Shown piece by piece: positions 49,499 through 59,900 of a stretch of DNA of 64,000 bases (positions within the stretch are counted from its first letter, which is position 1; each line of letters begins with the position of its first letter). Source of the stretch: Patescibacteria group bacterium (GTDB lineage Bacteria; Patescibacteriota; Minisyncoccia; Phycocordibacterales; Phycocordibacteraceae). The DNA lies in NCBI GenBank assembly GCA_018971265.1, contig JAGXBE010000001.1, positions 1,051 to 65,050 on the forward strand. The letters are read 5' to 3'. The notes under the pieces are model-generated. The model was given only the letters and a program-made list of their open reading frames with translations, made no database searches and was not told the origin of the DNA. The position numbers were made by a program, and so were the translations under genes.

Positions 49499-49531
49499 GA
49501 CTATGCTTTCCGTTTCAGGCATAGTGGCGGG

Positions 49532-50086
49532 ATGGATGAACACGAAGATGATGTTGTAATGGAACCGGAGCATATGTCTGCCAAAGAAGCAGACGGCGAG
49601 GAAGAGGGGGGGGAGCGACCTGAGAAAAGAATCGCAAAGATGCGCGAGGAGCTTGCCGCGTGCCGAAAAGAAAAACAGGAAAACCTGGATGGCTGGCAAC
49701 GGGCAAAGGCCGACTACGTGAATCTGCTCAAGCGATTTGAAATAGAGACAAAGACCGCGAAACTTTCGGGAGTGGTCAAGGCCGTCGAAACGCTCTTACC
49801 GGCCTTTGACGCGCTCGAGCGCTCCAAGGAGCATGGCGAGATACCGGAGGGATTCCTCGCTATCGCGCGCCAGCTCGAGGGCGCGTTCGCTTCGCTCGGG
49901 CTTATCCCCCTTGGGGAGGTCGGCGAGCGTTTTGACCCGACGTTCCACGAGGCGCTCGGACAAGACGCGGCCGAGAACGCCGAAGTAGACGACACCGTCA
50001 CCGTAGTACTGGAAAAAGGGTGGAAGATCGGTGGGGATGTGGTGCGCCCGGCGAAAGTCCGTGTCGCGCACTTTGCACGCAAATAA
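49532..50086 (+). CDS. grpE: Nucleotide exchange factor GrpE
   Basis: QRAKADYVN, FDPTFHEA, VRPAKV; upstream of dnaK. Confidence 0.95.
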   Translation: MDEHEDDVVMEPEHMSAKEADGEEEGGERPEKRIAKMREELAACRKEKQENLDGWQRAKADYVNLLKRFEIETKTAKLSGVVKAVETLLPAFDALERSKEHGEIPEGFLAIARQLEGAFASLGLIPLGEVGERFDPTFHEALGQDAAENAEVDDTVTVVLEKGWKIGGDVVRPAKVRVAHFARK

Positions 50087-50124
50087 TAAGGAGTATAAAA
50101 TAGACTCTCTAACTTTAAAAATAT

Positions 50125-52029
50125 ATGGCAAAAATTCTTGGAATCGATTTGGGGACGACGAACTCCGCGATGGCAATCGTAGAAGGCGGCGAGCCACGCG
50201 TTCTCGAAAACGCCGAGGGCGCCCGCACGACCCCCTCTATCGTCGCGGTGGGGAAGAACGGCGAGCGCATCGTCGGCACGCTTGCGAAACGTCAGTCGGT
50301 CACGAACCCGCTCAACACCATATTCCAGATTAAACGCTTCATCGGCCACTCCTTTGATGAGCCGGAGGTGCAAAAGGACAAGGCCGTCGTCCCATTTGAA
50401 ATGCGTAAAGCCGACAATGGCGGTATCGAGGTCAAAATGAACGATAAGTGGTATCGCTCGGAAGAGGTTTCGGCGATGATCCTTGGGAAACTAAAAACAG
50501 ACGCGGAGGCCAAACTTGGCGAGAAAATAACCGAGGCGGTCATTACCGTTCCCGCCTACTTCAACGACGATCAGCGGAGCGCGACGAAAGCCGCCGGACA
50601 AATCGCCGGTCTCGACGTAAAGCGCATCATCAACGAACCGACTGCGGCCGCGCTTGCGTACGGATTCAATAAAAAGAAAGATGAAAAAATAGCGGTCTTC
50701 GACTTCGGCGGCGGTACGTTCGATATTTCGGTGCTTGAAGTGGGCGATGACGTCATCGAAGTAAAGAGCACCGACGGCGACGCGCACCTCGGCGGCAAGG
50801 ATATCGACCAGAAGATAATCAACTGGCTCGCGGACGAATTCAAAAAAGAAAGCGGCATCGACGTGCGAGGCGACGCCCTTGCCCGCCAGCGACTCGACGA
50901 GGCCGCGGAAAAGGCGAAAATTGAGCTCTCGAGCGCGATGGAGACGGAAATAAATATCCCGTTTCTTACCTCCGACGCCTCCGGCCCGCGCCACCTGCTC
51001 ATCAAGATGACCCGCGCAAAGCTCGAAGAGCTTTCGGGCGAATTCATCGAGCGCGCGATGGCCATCACCAAGCGCGCGATGGAGGCCTCGCCATTCAAAA
51101 TTGGCGATATCCAGGAGGTCATCCTCGTGGGCGGCCAGACGCGTATGCCGGCTATCCAAACGGCCGTTGAGAAATTCTTCGGCAAAAAGCCGAATATGAG
51201 CGTGAACCCCGACGAAGTCGTCGCGGTTGGCGCCGCTATTCAGGCGGGCATCCTCCAGGGCGATGTGAAAGACATTCTGCTGGTCGACGTCATCCCGCTC
51301 TCGCTTGCCATTGAAACGATGGGCGGCGTCGCAACCAAGATCGTCGAGCGCAATACTGCCATACCAACCTCTCGCTCGCAAACCTTTTCAACCGCGGCCG
51401 ACAATCAGCCCTCGGTTGAGATTCATATCACGCAAGGCGAACGCGCGATGAGCGCTGACAACAAATCGCTCGGAAAATTTATGCTCGACGGCATCCCGCC
51501 GGCTCCCCGTGGCATGCCGCAAGTGGAAGTGACCTTCGACGTGGACGCATCCGGAATCCTCACCGTGAAAGCCAAGGAGAAGACTACCGGGAAGGAGCAG
51601 AGCATCCGTATCGAAGGATCGACCGGTCTCTCCAAAGAAGATATTGAAAAAATGACGGCGGACGCCGAAGCGCACGCCGCGGACGACGCAAAGCGCAAAG
51701 AGCTCATCGATGCGCGCAACATCGCCGACCAGACAGTCTATGCCGCGGAGAAAGCGATAAAGGACAACGGCGAGAAAGCGGGTGCGGAAGTGGTGAAAGA
51801 GGTGCAGGACAAGATCGACGCCTTGAAAGTCGCCCGCGAAAGCGAGGACGCAGGCACCATCAAGGGCGCAACCGAAGCACTTTCTTCGACGCTCTCAAAA
51901 ATTGGGGAAGCCATGATGAAGAGTCAAACACCGCCTACGGGCGAGACCCCGCCGGCCTCTGACGACGGCGGGCAGACGCCCCCACCTGAGCCCTCCGGCC
52001 CCACCGACGCCGAATTTAAAGAGCAGTAA
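50125..52029 (+). CDS. dnaK: Chaperone DnaK
   Basis: [30 protein letters not shown]. Confidence 0.98.
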   Translation: MAKILGIDLGTTNSAMAIVEGGEPRVLENAEGARTTPSIVAVGKNGERIVGTLAKRQSVTNPLNTIFQIKRFIGHSFDEPEVQKDKAVVPFEMRKADNGGIEVKMNDKWYRSEEVSAMILGKLKTDAEAKLGEKITEAVITVPAYFNDDQRSATKAAGQIAGLDVKRIINEPTAAALAYGFNKKKDEKIAVFDFGGGTFDISVLEVGDDVIEVKSTDGDAHLGGKDIDQKIINWLADEFKKESGIDVRGDALARQRLDEAAEKAKIELSSAMETEINIPFLTSDASGPRHLLIKMTRAKLEELSGEFIERAMAITKRAMEASPFKIGDIQEVILVGGQTRMPAIQTAVEKFFGKKPNMSVNPDEVVAVGAAIQAGILQGDVKDILLVDVIPLSLAIETMGGVATKIVERNTAIPTSRSQTFSTAADNQPSVEIHITQGERAMSADNKSLGKFMLDGIPPAPRGMPQVEVTFDVDASGILTVKAKEKTTGKEQSIRIEGSTGLSKEDIEKMTADAEAHAADDAKRKELIDARNIADQTVYAAEKAIKDNGEKAGAEVVKEVQDKIDALKVARESEDAGTIKGATEALSSTLSKIGEAMMKSQTPPTGETPPASDDGGQTPPPEPSGPTDAEFKEQ

Positions 52030-52035
52030 AAGAAA

Positions 52036-53124
52036 ATGACGAAAGATTATTACAACGTGCTCGGCGTCGATCGGAAGGCGTCACAGGACGATATCAAGAA
52101 GGCATTCCGCAAGCTCGCGCACAAGTATCACCCCGACAAAGGTGGTACCGATGAAGCGAGGTTCAAGGAAATCACCGAGGCATACGCCGTTTTAAGCGAC
52201 GACAAAAAGCGACGCGAGTACGATACCTATGGACAGGCGTTTCCCGGCGGCGCCTCCGGCGCACCACAGGGCGGACAGGGCTTCGGCGGGTTCGACTTCA
52301 GCCAGTTCCAGCAAGGATTCGGTCATGGCGGCGTCGAGTTCGATTTCGGCGATCTCTTTGGTGATGTGTTTGGAGGGGCGCGCGGCGGCCAAACCCGGGC
52401 TCCTCGCGGCCGCGATATTTCAATTGATCTCGAGATTCCTTTCAAGGATGCCGTCTTCGGCACCACCCGCACCGTCCTTATCGCAAAAGTCTCTACCTGC
52501 GACATCTGCCACGGCAGCGGGGCCAAGCCCGGCACCGAACTCGAAACGTGCAAAACCTGCAACGGCAGCGGCCGCGTCCATGAGACGCGCAACTCCATCC
52601 TCGGGCAATTCACCAGCGTGCGTACCTGCACCGCCTGTGACGGCAGCGGAAAGATACCAAAAGAAAAATGCACCGAGTGCAAGGGGCATGGCGTGAAGCG
52701 GAAAGAAGAAGAAGTAAAAATCAGCATTCCCGCCGGCATCGATAATGGGGAGATGATACGCCTCCCGCAACAGGGCGAGGCGATAAAGACGGGCATCGCG
52801 GGCGACCTGTATGTAAAAGTGCATGTAAAGCCACACGCAATTTTTCGCCGCGACGGCTCGAACCTTGTCATGGATCTGCCGGTGAAGTTCACCGATGCGC
52901 TTCTCGGCACAACCGTCTCAATCGAATCTCTGGAAGGAAAGACGCTTGAAGTAAAGATCCCGCCAATGAAGCGTGCAGAAGAGCTTTTGCGCGTGCGCGG
53001 CAAGGGTATTCCGGAGGGCAATAGCCGCGGCGATCTTATCATTCGCCTCGAAGTCGCCCTCCCGCATAAACTTTCTGGAAAAGCGAAAAAAGCGGTTGAA
53101 GACCTGCGAAGCGAAGGACTTTGA
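52036..53124 (+). CDS. dnaJ: Chaperone DnaJ
   Basis: HPD motif, G/F-rich region, four CxxCxGxG repeats. Confidence 0.97.
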   Translation: MTKDYYNVLGVDRKASQDDIKKAFRKLAHKYHPDKGGTDEARFKEITEAYAVLSDDKKRREYDTYGQAFPGGASGAPQGGQGFGGFDFSQFQQGFGHGGVEFDFGDLFGDVFGGARGGQTRAPRGRDISIDLEIPFKDAVFGTTRTVLIAKVSTCDICHGSGAKPGTELETCKTCNGSGRVHETRNSILGQFTSVRTCTACDGSGKIPKEKCTECKGHGVKRKEEEVKISIPAGIDNGEMIRLPQQGEAIKTGIAGDLYVKVHVKPHAIFRRDGSNLVMDLPVKFTDALLGTTVSIESLEGKTLEVKIPPMKRAEELLRVRGKGIPEGNSRGDLIIRLEVALPHKLSGKAKKAVEDLRSEGL

Positions 53125-53190
53125 GTTCACCCCTCGGTTTTTCTTTTGCCTCCCGCATTATTGCAGGGTGTATACTATTGTCTATTGTCT

Positions 53191-53712
53191 ATGACCGCAA
53201 CCGGCAGCATCGCACAGGTGAACGCACTCGCGACGCACACTGCGCTCTCGGTGTGGGGCGGCGCAAGCGATTTCCTCATTATCCTCATCCTGCTCTCGGT
53301 ATTCTTTCTCTTCGCATGGTACGTCGGACGGGGGCCCTTCGTCGCCGTACTGCTCGCGTTTTACACCGCTTATGCGCTCTATGTGGCATTTCCGTATATG
53401 GCGTATCTACCGACCGCCCCCGCGGTGACAGCGCTCCTTGCACACATCGGTCTCTATATGGCTCTGACTCTTGGTTTCTATATCATCCTGCGGCGCGTCG
53501 TCGTCTCCGACTTCCTCTACATCGGCATATTCGGGCTCATCGCGCTCTCCTTCCTTGGCGCGGCATTCCTGCTCGCACTCGCGTACCACGTCTTTCCGGT
53601 TGCCTCGGTCTATCACTTCACCCCCGCCGTTGAAATCCTTTTCGCGCCAAAACAATACTTCTTCTGGTGGTTCATCGCCCCCGCCGTCGGCCTCTTCTTC
53701 CTCGCGCGATAA
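53191..53712 (+). CDS. Hypothetical multi-pass membrane protein
   Basis: About five TM helices; start at MTATG. Confidence 0.7.
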   Translation: MTATGSIAQVNALATHTALSVWGGASDFLIILILLSVFFLFAWYVGRGPFVAVLLAFYTAYALYVAFPYMAYLPTAPAVTALLAHIGLYMALTLGFYIILRRVVVSDFLYIGIFGLIALSFLGAAFLLALAYHVFPVASVYHFTPAVEILFAPKQYFFWWFIAPAVGLFFLAR

Positions 53713-53772
53713 GCTTTCAGAATCTCATTCCTCGCTCGCTCGGTAGTAGCATCGCCGTGATATAATTCGCGC

Positions 53773-55026
53773 ATGACGTTTGCTGAAGAGCTGCGGGCGC
53801 GCGGATTGGTAGAACACACCTCAGCGCCGCTCGAGCAAATCCTGGCCGGTGCACGCACGGCGTATTTCGGCATCGACCCGACCGCTGACTCGATGCAGAT
53901 CGGGAATCTCGCCGTCGTGCTCCTCATGAGGCGTCTCGGAGAGGCGGGCAATAAGCTCATGTTTCTCGTCGGGGGCGCCACGGGAACTATTGGCGACCCG
54001 AAAGAAAGAGGGGAACGCCCGATGCTTGACGAAAAGACCGTCGCGGCGAATACCCGCGCGCTCAAGAGCCAGCTGACAAAAATCCTCGGACGAACCTCTT
54101 TCAAGATGGTCGATAATGCGGATTGGCTTTCAAAGGTTAAGCTCCTCCCATTCTTGCGGGATGTCGGCAAGAACTTTACCGTCAACGATTTGATAAAACG
54201 AGATATCATAAAAACGCGCCTTGAAACACCGGATGAGAGTATTTCCTATACCGAGTTCACCTATGCGCTCCTCCAAGGTTTGGATTATCTGACTCTCCAT
54301 GAGAAATATGGTGTCGACCTCCAAGTCGGCGGCTCCGACCAATGGACGAACATGCTCTCCGGTGTCGACCTCATCCGGAAGCGACTAGGGAAGCAAGTCT
54401 ACGCGCTCGGCATGCCGCTTATCACGGACGCTGCGGGCAAGAAATTTGGCAAATCGGAAGGAAACGCGCTTTGGCTCGATCCAAAGAAGACCTCGCCGTT
54501 TCGTTTTTATCAGTTTTGGATGAATCTTCCGGATGAAGGCATCGAGAACTACTTGAAAGTGTACACCTTCCTGCCGCTCTCTGAAATTAATGTGCTTATG
54601 GAGCTGCATCATCGCAACCCTGCCGAACGACAGGCTCAAGAAACGCTTGCGCGTCTCGTAACCGAAATCGTGCATGGACCTGCGGCGACTGCACAAGCGG
54701 CGGCGGCAACCGATGCGCTTTTCGGGGACACGCCTTTCAGCGAGCTCTCGCGCGAAGCGCTTGCCGTTGCGCTTGCCGAAGCTCCGTCAATAACGCTCTC
54801 GGGAAAAGAACTCAGGGACGGTTTTTCACTCGCCGAAGCGCTTGCCGCAGGCGGTCTCGCCTCCTCAAAAAACGAAGCCCGCCGTCTCATTGAAGGGAAG
54901 GGGATTGTGCTCTCCGGAATGACTGTTGAAAATCTCGATCAGAAACTTTATCCGGGCGACCTCGCAAACGGCCATGCCCTCGTACGCCGCGGCAAACAGG
55001 GTGTCTTGATTCTCGTTTTGAAATAA
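53773..55026 (+). CDS. tyrS: Tyrosine--tRNA ligase
   Basis: YFGIDPTADS, QVGGSDQW, KFGKSEG, C-terminal S4-like domain. Confidence 0.97.
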   Translation: MTFAEELRARGLVEHTSAPLEQILAGARTAYFGIDPTADSMQIGNLAVVLLMRRLGEAGNKLMFLVGGATGTIGDPKERGERPMLDEKTVAANTRALKSQLTKILGRTSFKMVDNADWLSKVKLLPFLRDVGKNFTVNDLIKRDIIKTRLETPDESISYTEFTYALLQGLDYLTLHEKYGVDLQVGGSDQWTNMLSGVDLIRKRLGKQVYALGMPLITDAAGKKFGKSEGNALWLDPKKTSPFRFYQFWMNLPDEGIENYLKVYTFLPLSEINVLMELHHRNPAERQAQETLARLVTEIVHGPAATAQAAAATDALFGDTPFSELSREALAVALAEAPSITLSGKELRDGFSLAEALAAGGLASSKNEARRLIEGKGIVLSGMTVENLDQKLYPGDLANGHALVRRGKQGVLILVLK

Positions 55027-55054
55027 AACAAAAATCCGCTATAGTGGCACTATC

Positions 55055-55141
55055 GCGTCGGTGGCGGAGCGGTCAATCGCAACAGGCTGTAAACCTGTCG
55101 GGCATAGCCCTACGAAGGTTCGAATCCTTCCCGGCGCACCA
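55055..55141 (+). tRNA. tRNA-Tyr(GTA), CCA encoded
   Basis: GCGTCGG/CCGGCGC-A-CCA; ACAGG-CT-GTA-AA-CCTGT; long variable arm GGGC-ATA-GCCC. Confidence 0.95.
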
Positions 55142-55200
55142 TGGTTTGGACGAAACCCAGTTTGGGCAAGTCCCGTGTAGCATCAGCGCTGCACCGTGCC

Positions 55201-55240
55201 AAACGGCCTTGGGAAAAATATCCCGGGGCCGTTTTTTATT
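55201..55240 (+). terminator. Intrinsic terminator after tRNA-Tyr
   Basis: AAACGGCCTTGGGA-AAAATA-TCCCGGGGCCGTTT followed by TTTATT. Confidence 0.75.
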
Positions 55241-55260
55241 CGATATGGTATCGTAGTCGC

Positions 55261-56223
55261 ATGAACGATACAAAGCCCGTCCTTGTTTCCGGTATCAAAC
55301 CGACCGGCGACTTGCATATCGGCAATTACTTCGGCGCGATGCGCCAGTTCGTCGAACTTTCAAGGGCGGGGAAGTATCGTCCTTTTGTTTTTGTCGCTGA
55401 TTATCACGCTCTAAATTCAATGCAAGAGCATGAAGAGATGCGCCGGCGCACTCGAGAACTTGTGGTGGCCTACCTCGCCGTCGGACTCGACCCAAAAGAA
55501 GTCGTACTTTTCAAGCAATCCGATGTGCCGGCGCATACCGAACTCTGTTGGATTTTCGACACCATCACCACCATGCCATATCTCATGCGCGCCCATGCGT
55601 ATAAGGATGCGGAGGCGAGGAATAAAGAAATAAACGTCGGTACTTTCAACTATCCGATGCTCATGGCGGCCGACATTCTCCTCTACGACGCGGCGGTCGT
55701 GCCGGTGGGGGCTGATCAGAAACAGCATATCGAGTATGCGCGTGATACCGCGGAAAAGTTCAATCGCGTCTACAGAACCGATCTTTTCAAACTTCCCGAG
55801 CCGTACATCATGGCGGACGTCGCGGTCGTTCCCGGTACCGACGGACAAAAGATGAGCAAGAGTTACGGCAACGTCATACCGCTTTTTGCATCGCGCGAGG
55901 AGCTTGCGAGGCGCGTGATGAGCATCGTTACCGATTCTTCAGGCGAGCGCCCTGAAAACGTGTACGCTATTCACAAGCTCGTGCGAAGCGAGGGCGAGCT
56001 TGAAAAGATGTATGACGAATATCAGGGCGATTACAAGATGCTCAAAGAATTGCTTGTCGAAGATCTCGATCGCTATCTAGCCCCCATTCGCGCAAAGTAT
56101 GAAGAACTCCAAAGCGACCCTGGCATCATTGAGGAAATTCTCGGGGAAGGAAAGCGAGAGGCGCGCGCGATAAGCGAAGCGAAGATGGAAGAGGTGCGCC
56201 GGACCATCGGTGTGGCATACTAG
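55261..56223 (+). CDS. trpS: Tryptophan--tRNA ligase
   Basis: SGIKPTGDLHIGNY, YPMLMAADIL, VPVGADQKQH, KMSKS. Confidence 0.97.
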   Translation: MNDTKPVLVSGIKPTGDLHIGNYFGAMRQFVELSRAGKYRPFVFVADYHALNSMQEHEEMRRRTRELVVAYLAVGLDPKEVVLFKQSDVPAHTELCWIFDTITTMPYLMRAHAYKDAEARNKEINVGTFNYPMLMAADILLYDAAVVPVGADQKQHIEYARDTAEKFNRVYRTDLFKLPEPYIMADVAVVPGTDGQKMSKSYGNVIPLFASREELARRVMSIVTDSSGERPENVYAIHKLVRSEGELEKMYDEYQGDYKMLKELLVEDLDRYLAPIRAKYEELQSDPGIIEEILGEGKREARAISEAKMEEVRRTIGVAY

Positions 56224-56227
56224 TGAC

Positions 56228-57568
56228 ATGGAACGGACGCTCATAGGGGATTTGGGGGGTCATATCGGCGAAACGATATTGATTTCGGGATGGGTAGATG
56301 TCCGGCGCGACCAGGGGAAAATGGTCTTTTTTGATTTCCGCGACCGAAGTGGTCTCGTGCAGGGCGTGGTTCTCCCGGCAAGCGCCGCGATGGAGATGGC
56401 AAAAGACGTCCGGAACGAATATGTTGTTCGTGTCGAAGGGGTCGTGAACAAACGTCCAGAAAAAAATGTTCAGGCCGGAAAGCAAAACGGCGGCCTTGAG
56501 CTTGAAATCAAGGGTATCGAGGTATTGAGCGTCGCGGAGCCGCTTCCATTCGACACCGATGCGGATATCAATCTTGACACAATGCTCGATTACCGACCGC
56601 TCACCATTCGTCGTGAGCGCGAAAAAGCCATTTTCAAGGTCCAGCACGAAATCATCTCCGGTTTTCGTGAGTATCTCGACAAGAACGGCTTCACCGAATT
56701 CCAGGCTCCGAAACTCGTCGGCGACGATGCTGAGGGCGGCGCCGGCGTTTTCAAGGTTGAATATTTTAAAGATCGCAGTGCATATCTCGCAACCTCGCCT
56801 CAACTCTACAAGCAGATGATGGTCGGCGCGTTCGAGCGCGTTTATGCGACCGGTCCCCAATTTCGCGCCGAAAAGCATGCGACGACGCGTCACCTGAACG
56901 AAATCTCCATGCTCGACTTCGAGATGGGTTTTATCGAGGACCATACCGAGGTTATGCGCATGATCGAGGGAGCGCTCAGACACATTACCGACCGACTTGC
57001 AAGGCGCGCCGGTGATGCGTTCGCCGCCACCGGCGCCTCGCTTCCGCTTCTGCCAGAATCGTTTCCGGTTCTGAAGCTCCGTGAAGCGCAGAAAATTCTC
57101 GGCATTTCTCCCGAACCGGATCTTGAGCCAGAACATGAGCGCAGAATATGTGAATGGGCACAAAAAGAGAGAGGGAGCGACTTCATCTTCATCACCCATT
57201 ATCCCGTCTCGAAACGTCCCTTCTATACGATGGAAGATCCCGAAGACCCGGGGTTCACGAAAAGCTTCGATCTTCTTTTCCGCGGCGTTGAAATTCTTTC
57301 CGGTAGCCAGCGCGTCCATGAGTACGGTGTTCTTACCGAGAAAATTCGCGCCAAGGGCCTTAATCCTGAGAAATTTTCGTTCTATCTCATGGCATTCAAA
57401 TACGGGATGCCGCCTCACGGCGGCATCGGCATGGGACTTGAGCGTCTCACACAGAAATATCTGGGGCTCGACAATGTGAAAGAAGCGACGCTCTTCCCTC
57501 GCGACATGAATCGTATTGACGTGCTTCTTTCAAGCTCCATACCCGATGAATCCGACAGCGACATCTAA
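56228..57568 (+). CDS. aspS: Aspartate--tRNA ligase, short archaeal-type (probably non-discriminating)
   Basis: OB fold (GWV..RRDQG..FFDFRDRSG), SPQLYKQ, FRAE, PPHGG.GMGLER; no GAD insertion. Confidence 0.9.
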   Translation: MERTLIGDLGGHIGETILISGWVDVRRDQGKMVFFDFRDRSGLVQGVVLPASAAMEMAKDVRNEYVVRVEGVVNKRPEKNVQAGKQNGGLELEIKGIEVLSVAEPLPFDTDADINLDTMLDYRPLTIRREREKAIFKVQHEIISGFREYLDKNGFTEFQAPKLVGDDAEGGAGVFKVEYFKDRSAYLATSPQLYKQMMVGAFERVYATGPQFRAEKHATTRHLNEISMLDFEMGFIEDHTEVMRMIEGALRHITDRLARRAGDAFAATGASLPLLPESFPVLKLREAQKILGISPEPDLEPEHERRICEWAQKERGSDFIFITHYPVSKRPFYTMEDPEDPGFTKSFDLLFRGVEILSGSQRVHEYGVLTEKIRAKGLNPEKFSFYLMAFKYGMPPHGGIGMGLERLTQKYLGLDNVKEATLFPRDMNRIDVLLSSSIPDESDSDI

Positions 57569-58295
57569 AACCGGTTTTTCCATCGAAACGGAAGCTTACC
57601 AGGGTCCGTTTGAGCTCGTGCTCGAACTTATCGCTGCAAGGAAACTTTTGGTCAACGATCTCGCACTCGCAAATATCACGGAGGATTTCATTCAGCACGT
57701 ACGCGCGCAAGCCGCCTTCCCGGTCGAAGAGACCGCAAATTTCATCCAGATTGCCGCGATGTTGCTTCTCATTAAGTCGAAATCTCTCATCCCCGATCTC
57801 GCCTTGACCCAAGAAGAGAGTGCCGATGTCGAAGACCTCAAGCGACGACTCGAGGCGTACGAGAAAGTCCGCGAGGCCGCGCATGAACTCTCGCGCATTT
57901 TCGGAAAGACCGTGCTGCTGCCGGCAGGGGAGCGAGCCCCCGAAGTTTCTTTCGCGCCGACCCGCGACCTTTCGCAAGATGCGCTCGGGGACGCACTTGC
58001 GCGAGTTCTTGCCGCACGCGAAACAGTCGAGAGGCTTCCTGTCGCAAAGGTAACGCCGCTCGTAACTATCGAAGAGATGATGGATCGATTATCAAAGCGT
58101 GTGGAAAAAGCGTTGACAATCTCTTTTAAAGAATTTGCCGAAAACGCGAAGGAAAAAGTCGAGGTTATTGTCTCCTTTCTCGCGCTCCTTGAGCTTGTAA
58201 AACAGGGCGCTGTCGCCGCAGAACAGTATGGCTCCCATGGGGATATTCGCATACATCACGCCGCCGCAAACGCGGTTCCGCACTACGGGAGTTGA
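57546..58295 (+). CDS. scpA: Segregation and condensation protein A
   Basis: YQGPFELVLELI, LLLIKSKSLIP, VSFLALLELVK. Confidence 0.93.
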   Translation: MNPTATSKTGFSIETEAYQGPFELVLELIAARKLLVNDLALANITEDFIQHVRAQAAFPVEETANFIQIAAMLLLIKSKSLIPDLALTQEESADVEDLKRRLEAYEKVREAAHELSRIFGKTVLLPAGERAPEVSFAPTRDLSQDALGDALARVLAARETVERLPVAKVTPLVTIEEMMDRLSKRVEKALTISFKEFAENAKEKVEVIVSFLALLELVKQGAVAAEQYGSHGDIRIHHAAANAVPHYGS

Positions 58296-58369
58296 AAAGG
58301 GGATTACAGGCCCCTCTTTTCCTTGGGAAATCTTGTTTTTGTGGTGGTGCATACGCTATGATACAAGGC

Positions 58370-58942
58370 ATGCTTACTCCTCCAGCTGCCGTCCTTGCTC
58401 TTCTCTTCGCCTCCGGCGCTCCTCTTGAAAAGACTCGACTCGCGGAGCTCCTAGAACTTAAAGAAGCGGAGCTTAAGATAGCTCTCGCGGCGCTTTCCGA
58501 CTCTCTTGCAGGGAGCGGCATGACGCTCGTTGAGACTGAGACTGAAGCGGAACTGCGCACTGCGGCTGAAGCGTCCACTATCGTAAAGAAATTTCGCGAA
58601 GGCGAACTCACACGCGATCTCGGGAAAGCGAGCATCGAGACACTCGCGGTAATCGCCTATCAAGAGGGTGCGACGCGCGGTGAAATAGATTGGGTGCGGG
58701 GCGTTAACTCTTCCACTTCGCTCCGGACCCTTCTTATCCGCGGCCTCATTGAAGGGAAGGAAGATGCACGAGACAAGCGCCGCATACGATATGCACTTAC
58801 TACCGAGGCGTTCGCATACCTCGGTCTTTCGCGCGGTTCGGAACTCCCGCGCCATGAGGAACTTGCCTCGCAAACTGCGGTGATTATAGAAACGGAAAAA
58901 AATGCTGCTGAAGATGCTCTTGAAGCGAGTTCTCTCGTGTAG
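58370..58942 (+). CDS. scpB: Segregation and condensation protein B
   Basis: LALLFASG, ASIETLAVIAY..TRGEIDWVRGVNS..LLIRGLI. Confidence 0.93.
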   Translation: MLTPPAAVLALLFASGAPLEKTRLAELLELKEAELKIALAALSDSLAGSGMTLVETETEAELRTAAEASTIVKKFREGELTRDLGKASIETLAVIAYQEGATRGEIDWVRGVNSSTSLRTLLIRGLIEGKEDARDKRRIRYALTTEAFAYLGLSRGSELPRHEELASQTAVIIETEKNAAEDALEASSLV

Positions 58943-58955
58943 ATTTTACTTTTTT

Positions 58956-59900
58956 ATGGAGACCCACGATCTTGATGTGCTCGCAAAACACAATCGCTTG
59001 ATGCGCGAGAGCGGTATCGCTCTCTTTTTCGCCTCCGGGTTTCTCGCGATCTTCCTTTTTCTTCCCTCCACGCCAAAGAGCACAGCATCAACTCCGATCG
59101 TCGTTGCGCCATCCGCGCCGGACTCTTTCGCGAACGTTCCCATCGAAGCAAAGGCTGCGATAGTATACGATCTTGTTCTTGGAAAGCCGTTGTACGAGAA
59201 AAATGCTGAAGCCCAACTCCCGCTCGCTTCGCTCACGAAACTTCTCACGATATATGCCGCCCTCTCCATACTCTCGCCGAATACGCCCGTTACCATCCCT
59301 GCCGATGTCGTTCATCTCGATGCGCCGCACGCTTTTCGTGCGGGACAAATATTCTCTCTCTCTGATCTCGCACGACTCACGCTCACCGGTTCTCTTAATG
59401 ACGGCGCCGCTGCGCTCGCCGAAGCGACTGCGGCGCGCGAAAATCGTTCCGAGAGTGCCATGCTTGCCAGCGCCGCGGCGGCGCTCGGACTCTCGCAAAC
59501 CTATGCGGTCAATGGCAACGGGCTTGATGTGAATACGGCGATCTCGGGGGGGTACGGTTCGGCGCACGACCTCGCGCGTCTCGCGGGCGCTTTAGTCGAA
59601 AAAGCACCTTTGATTGCGGAGGCGACGACGAGAAGTTCCGCACAGGCTGTTTCTGAGGGAGGCACGTTTTTCTCGATAAAAAACACCGATCCTATCGTGG
59701 CCACTATCCCGCAGCTTTTGCTTTCGAAAACCGGCTATACCGATCTTGCAGGCGGCAATCTTGCGCTTGTCTTTGATGTCGGCATTGCTCATCCCGTAGC
59801 CATAGTCATTCTCGGCTCATCTGCAAAAGCTCGTTTTACCGACGGCGCTGCGCTCGTCGCCGCTACGTTTGCGCACTTCGCGGGCGTCGCTTCGCTATGA
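58956..59900 (+). CDS. D-alanyl-D-alanine carboxypeptidase (peptidase S11)
   Basis: SxxK (ASLTK), SxN (SLN), KTG (SKTGYT); N-terminal TM. Confidence 0.88.
   Translation: METHDLDVLAKHNRLMRESGIALFFASGFLAIFLFLPSTPKSTASTPIVVAPSAPDSFANVPIEAKAAIVYDLVLGKPLYEKNAEAQLPLASLTKLLTIYAALSILSPNTPVTIPADVVHLDAPHAFRAGQIFSLSDLARLTLTGSLNDGAAALAEATAARENRSESAMLASAAAALGLSQTYAVNGNGLDVNTAISGGYGSAHDLARLAGALVEKAPLIAEATTRSSAQAVSEGGTFFSIKNTDPIVATIPQLLLSKTGYTDLAGGNLALVFDVGIAHPVAIVILGSSAKARFTDGAALVAATFAHFAGVASL

Noticed and set aside
49456-49531. CIRCE operator upstream of grpE-dnaK-dnaJ
   Set aside because: The inverted repeats here do not match TTAGCACTC-N9-GAGTGCTAA; the main one is a terminator.
55142-55260. T-box riboswitch before trpS (and before leuS, alaS, tyrS)
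   Set aside because: No T-box consensus and the leaders are far too short; several look leaderless.
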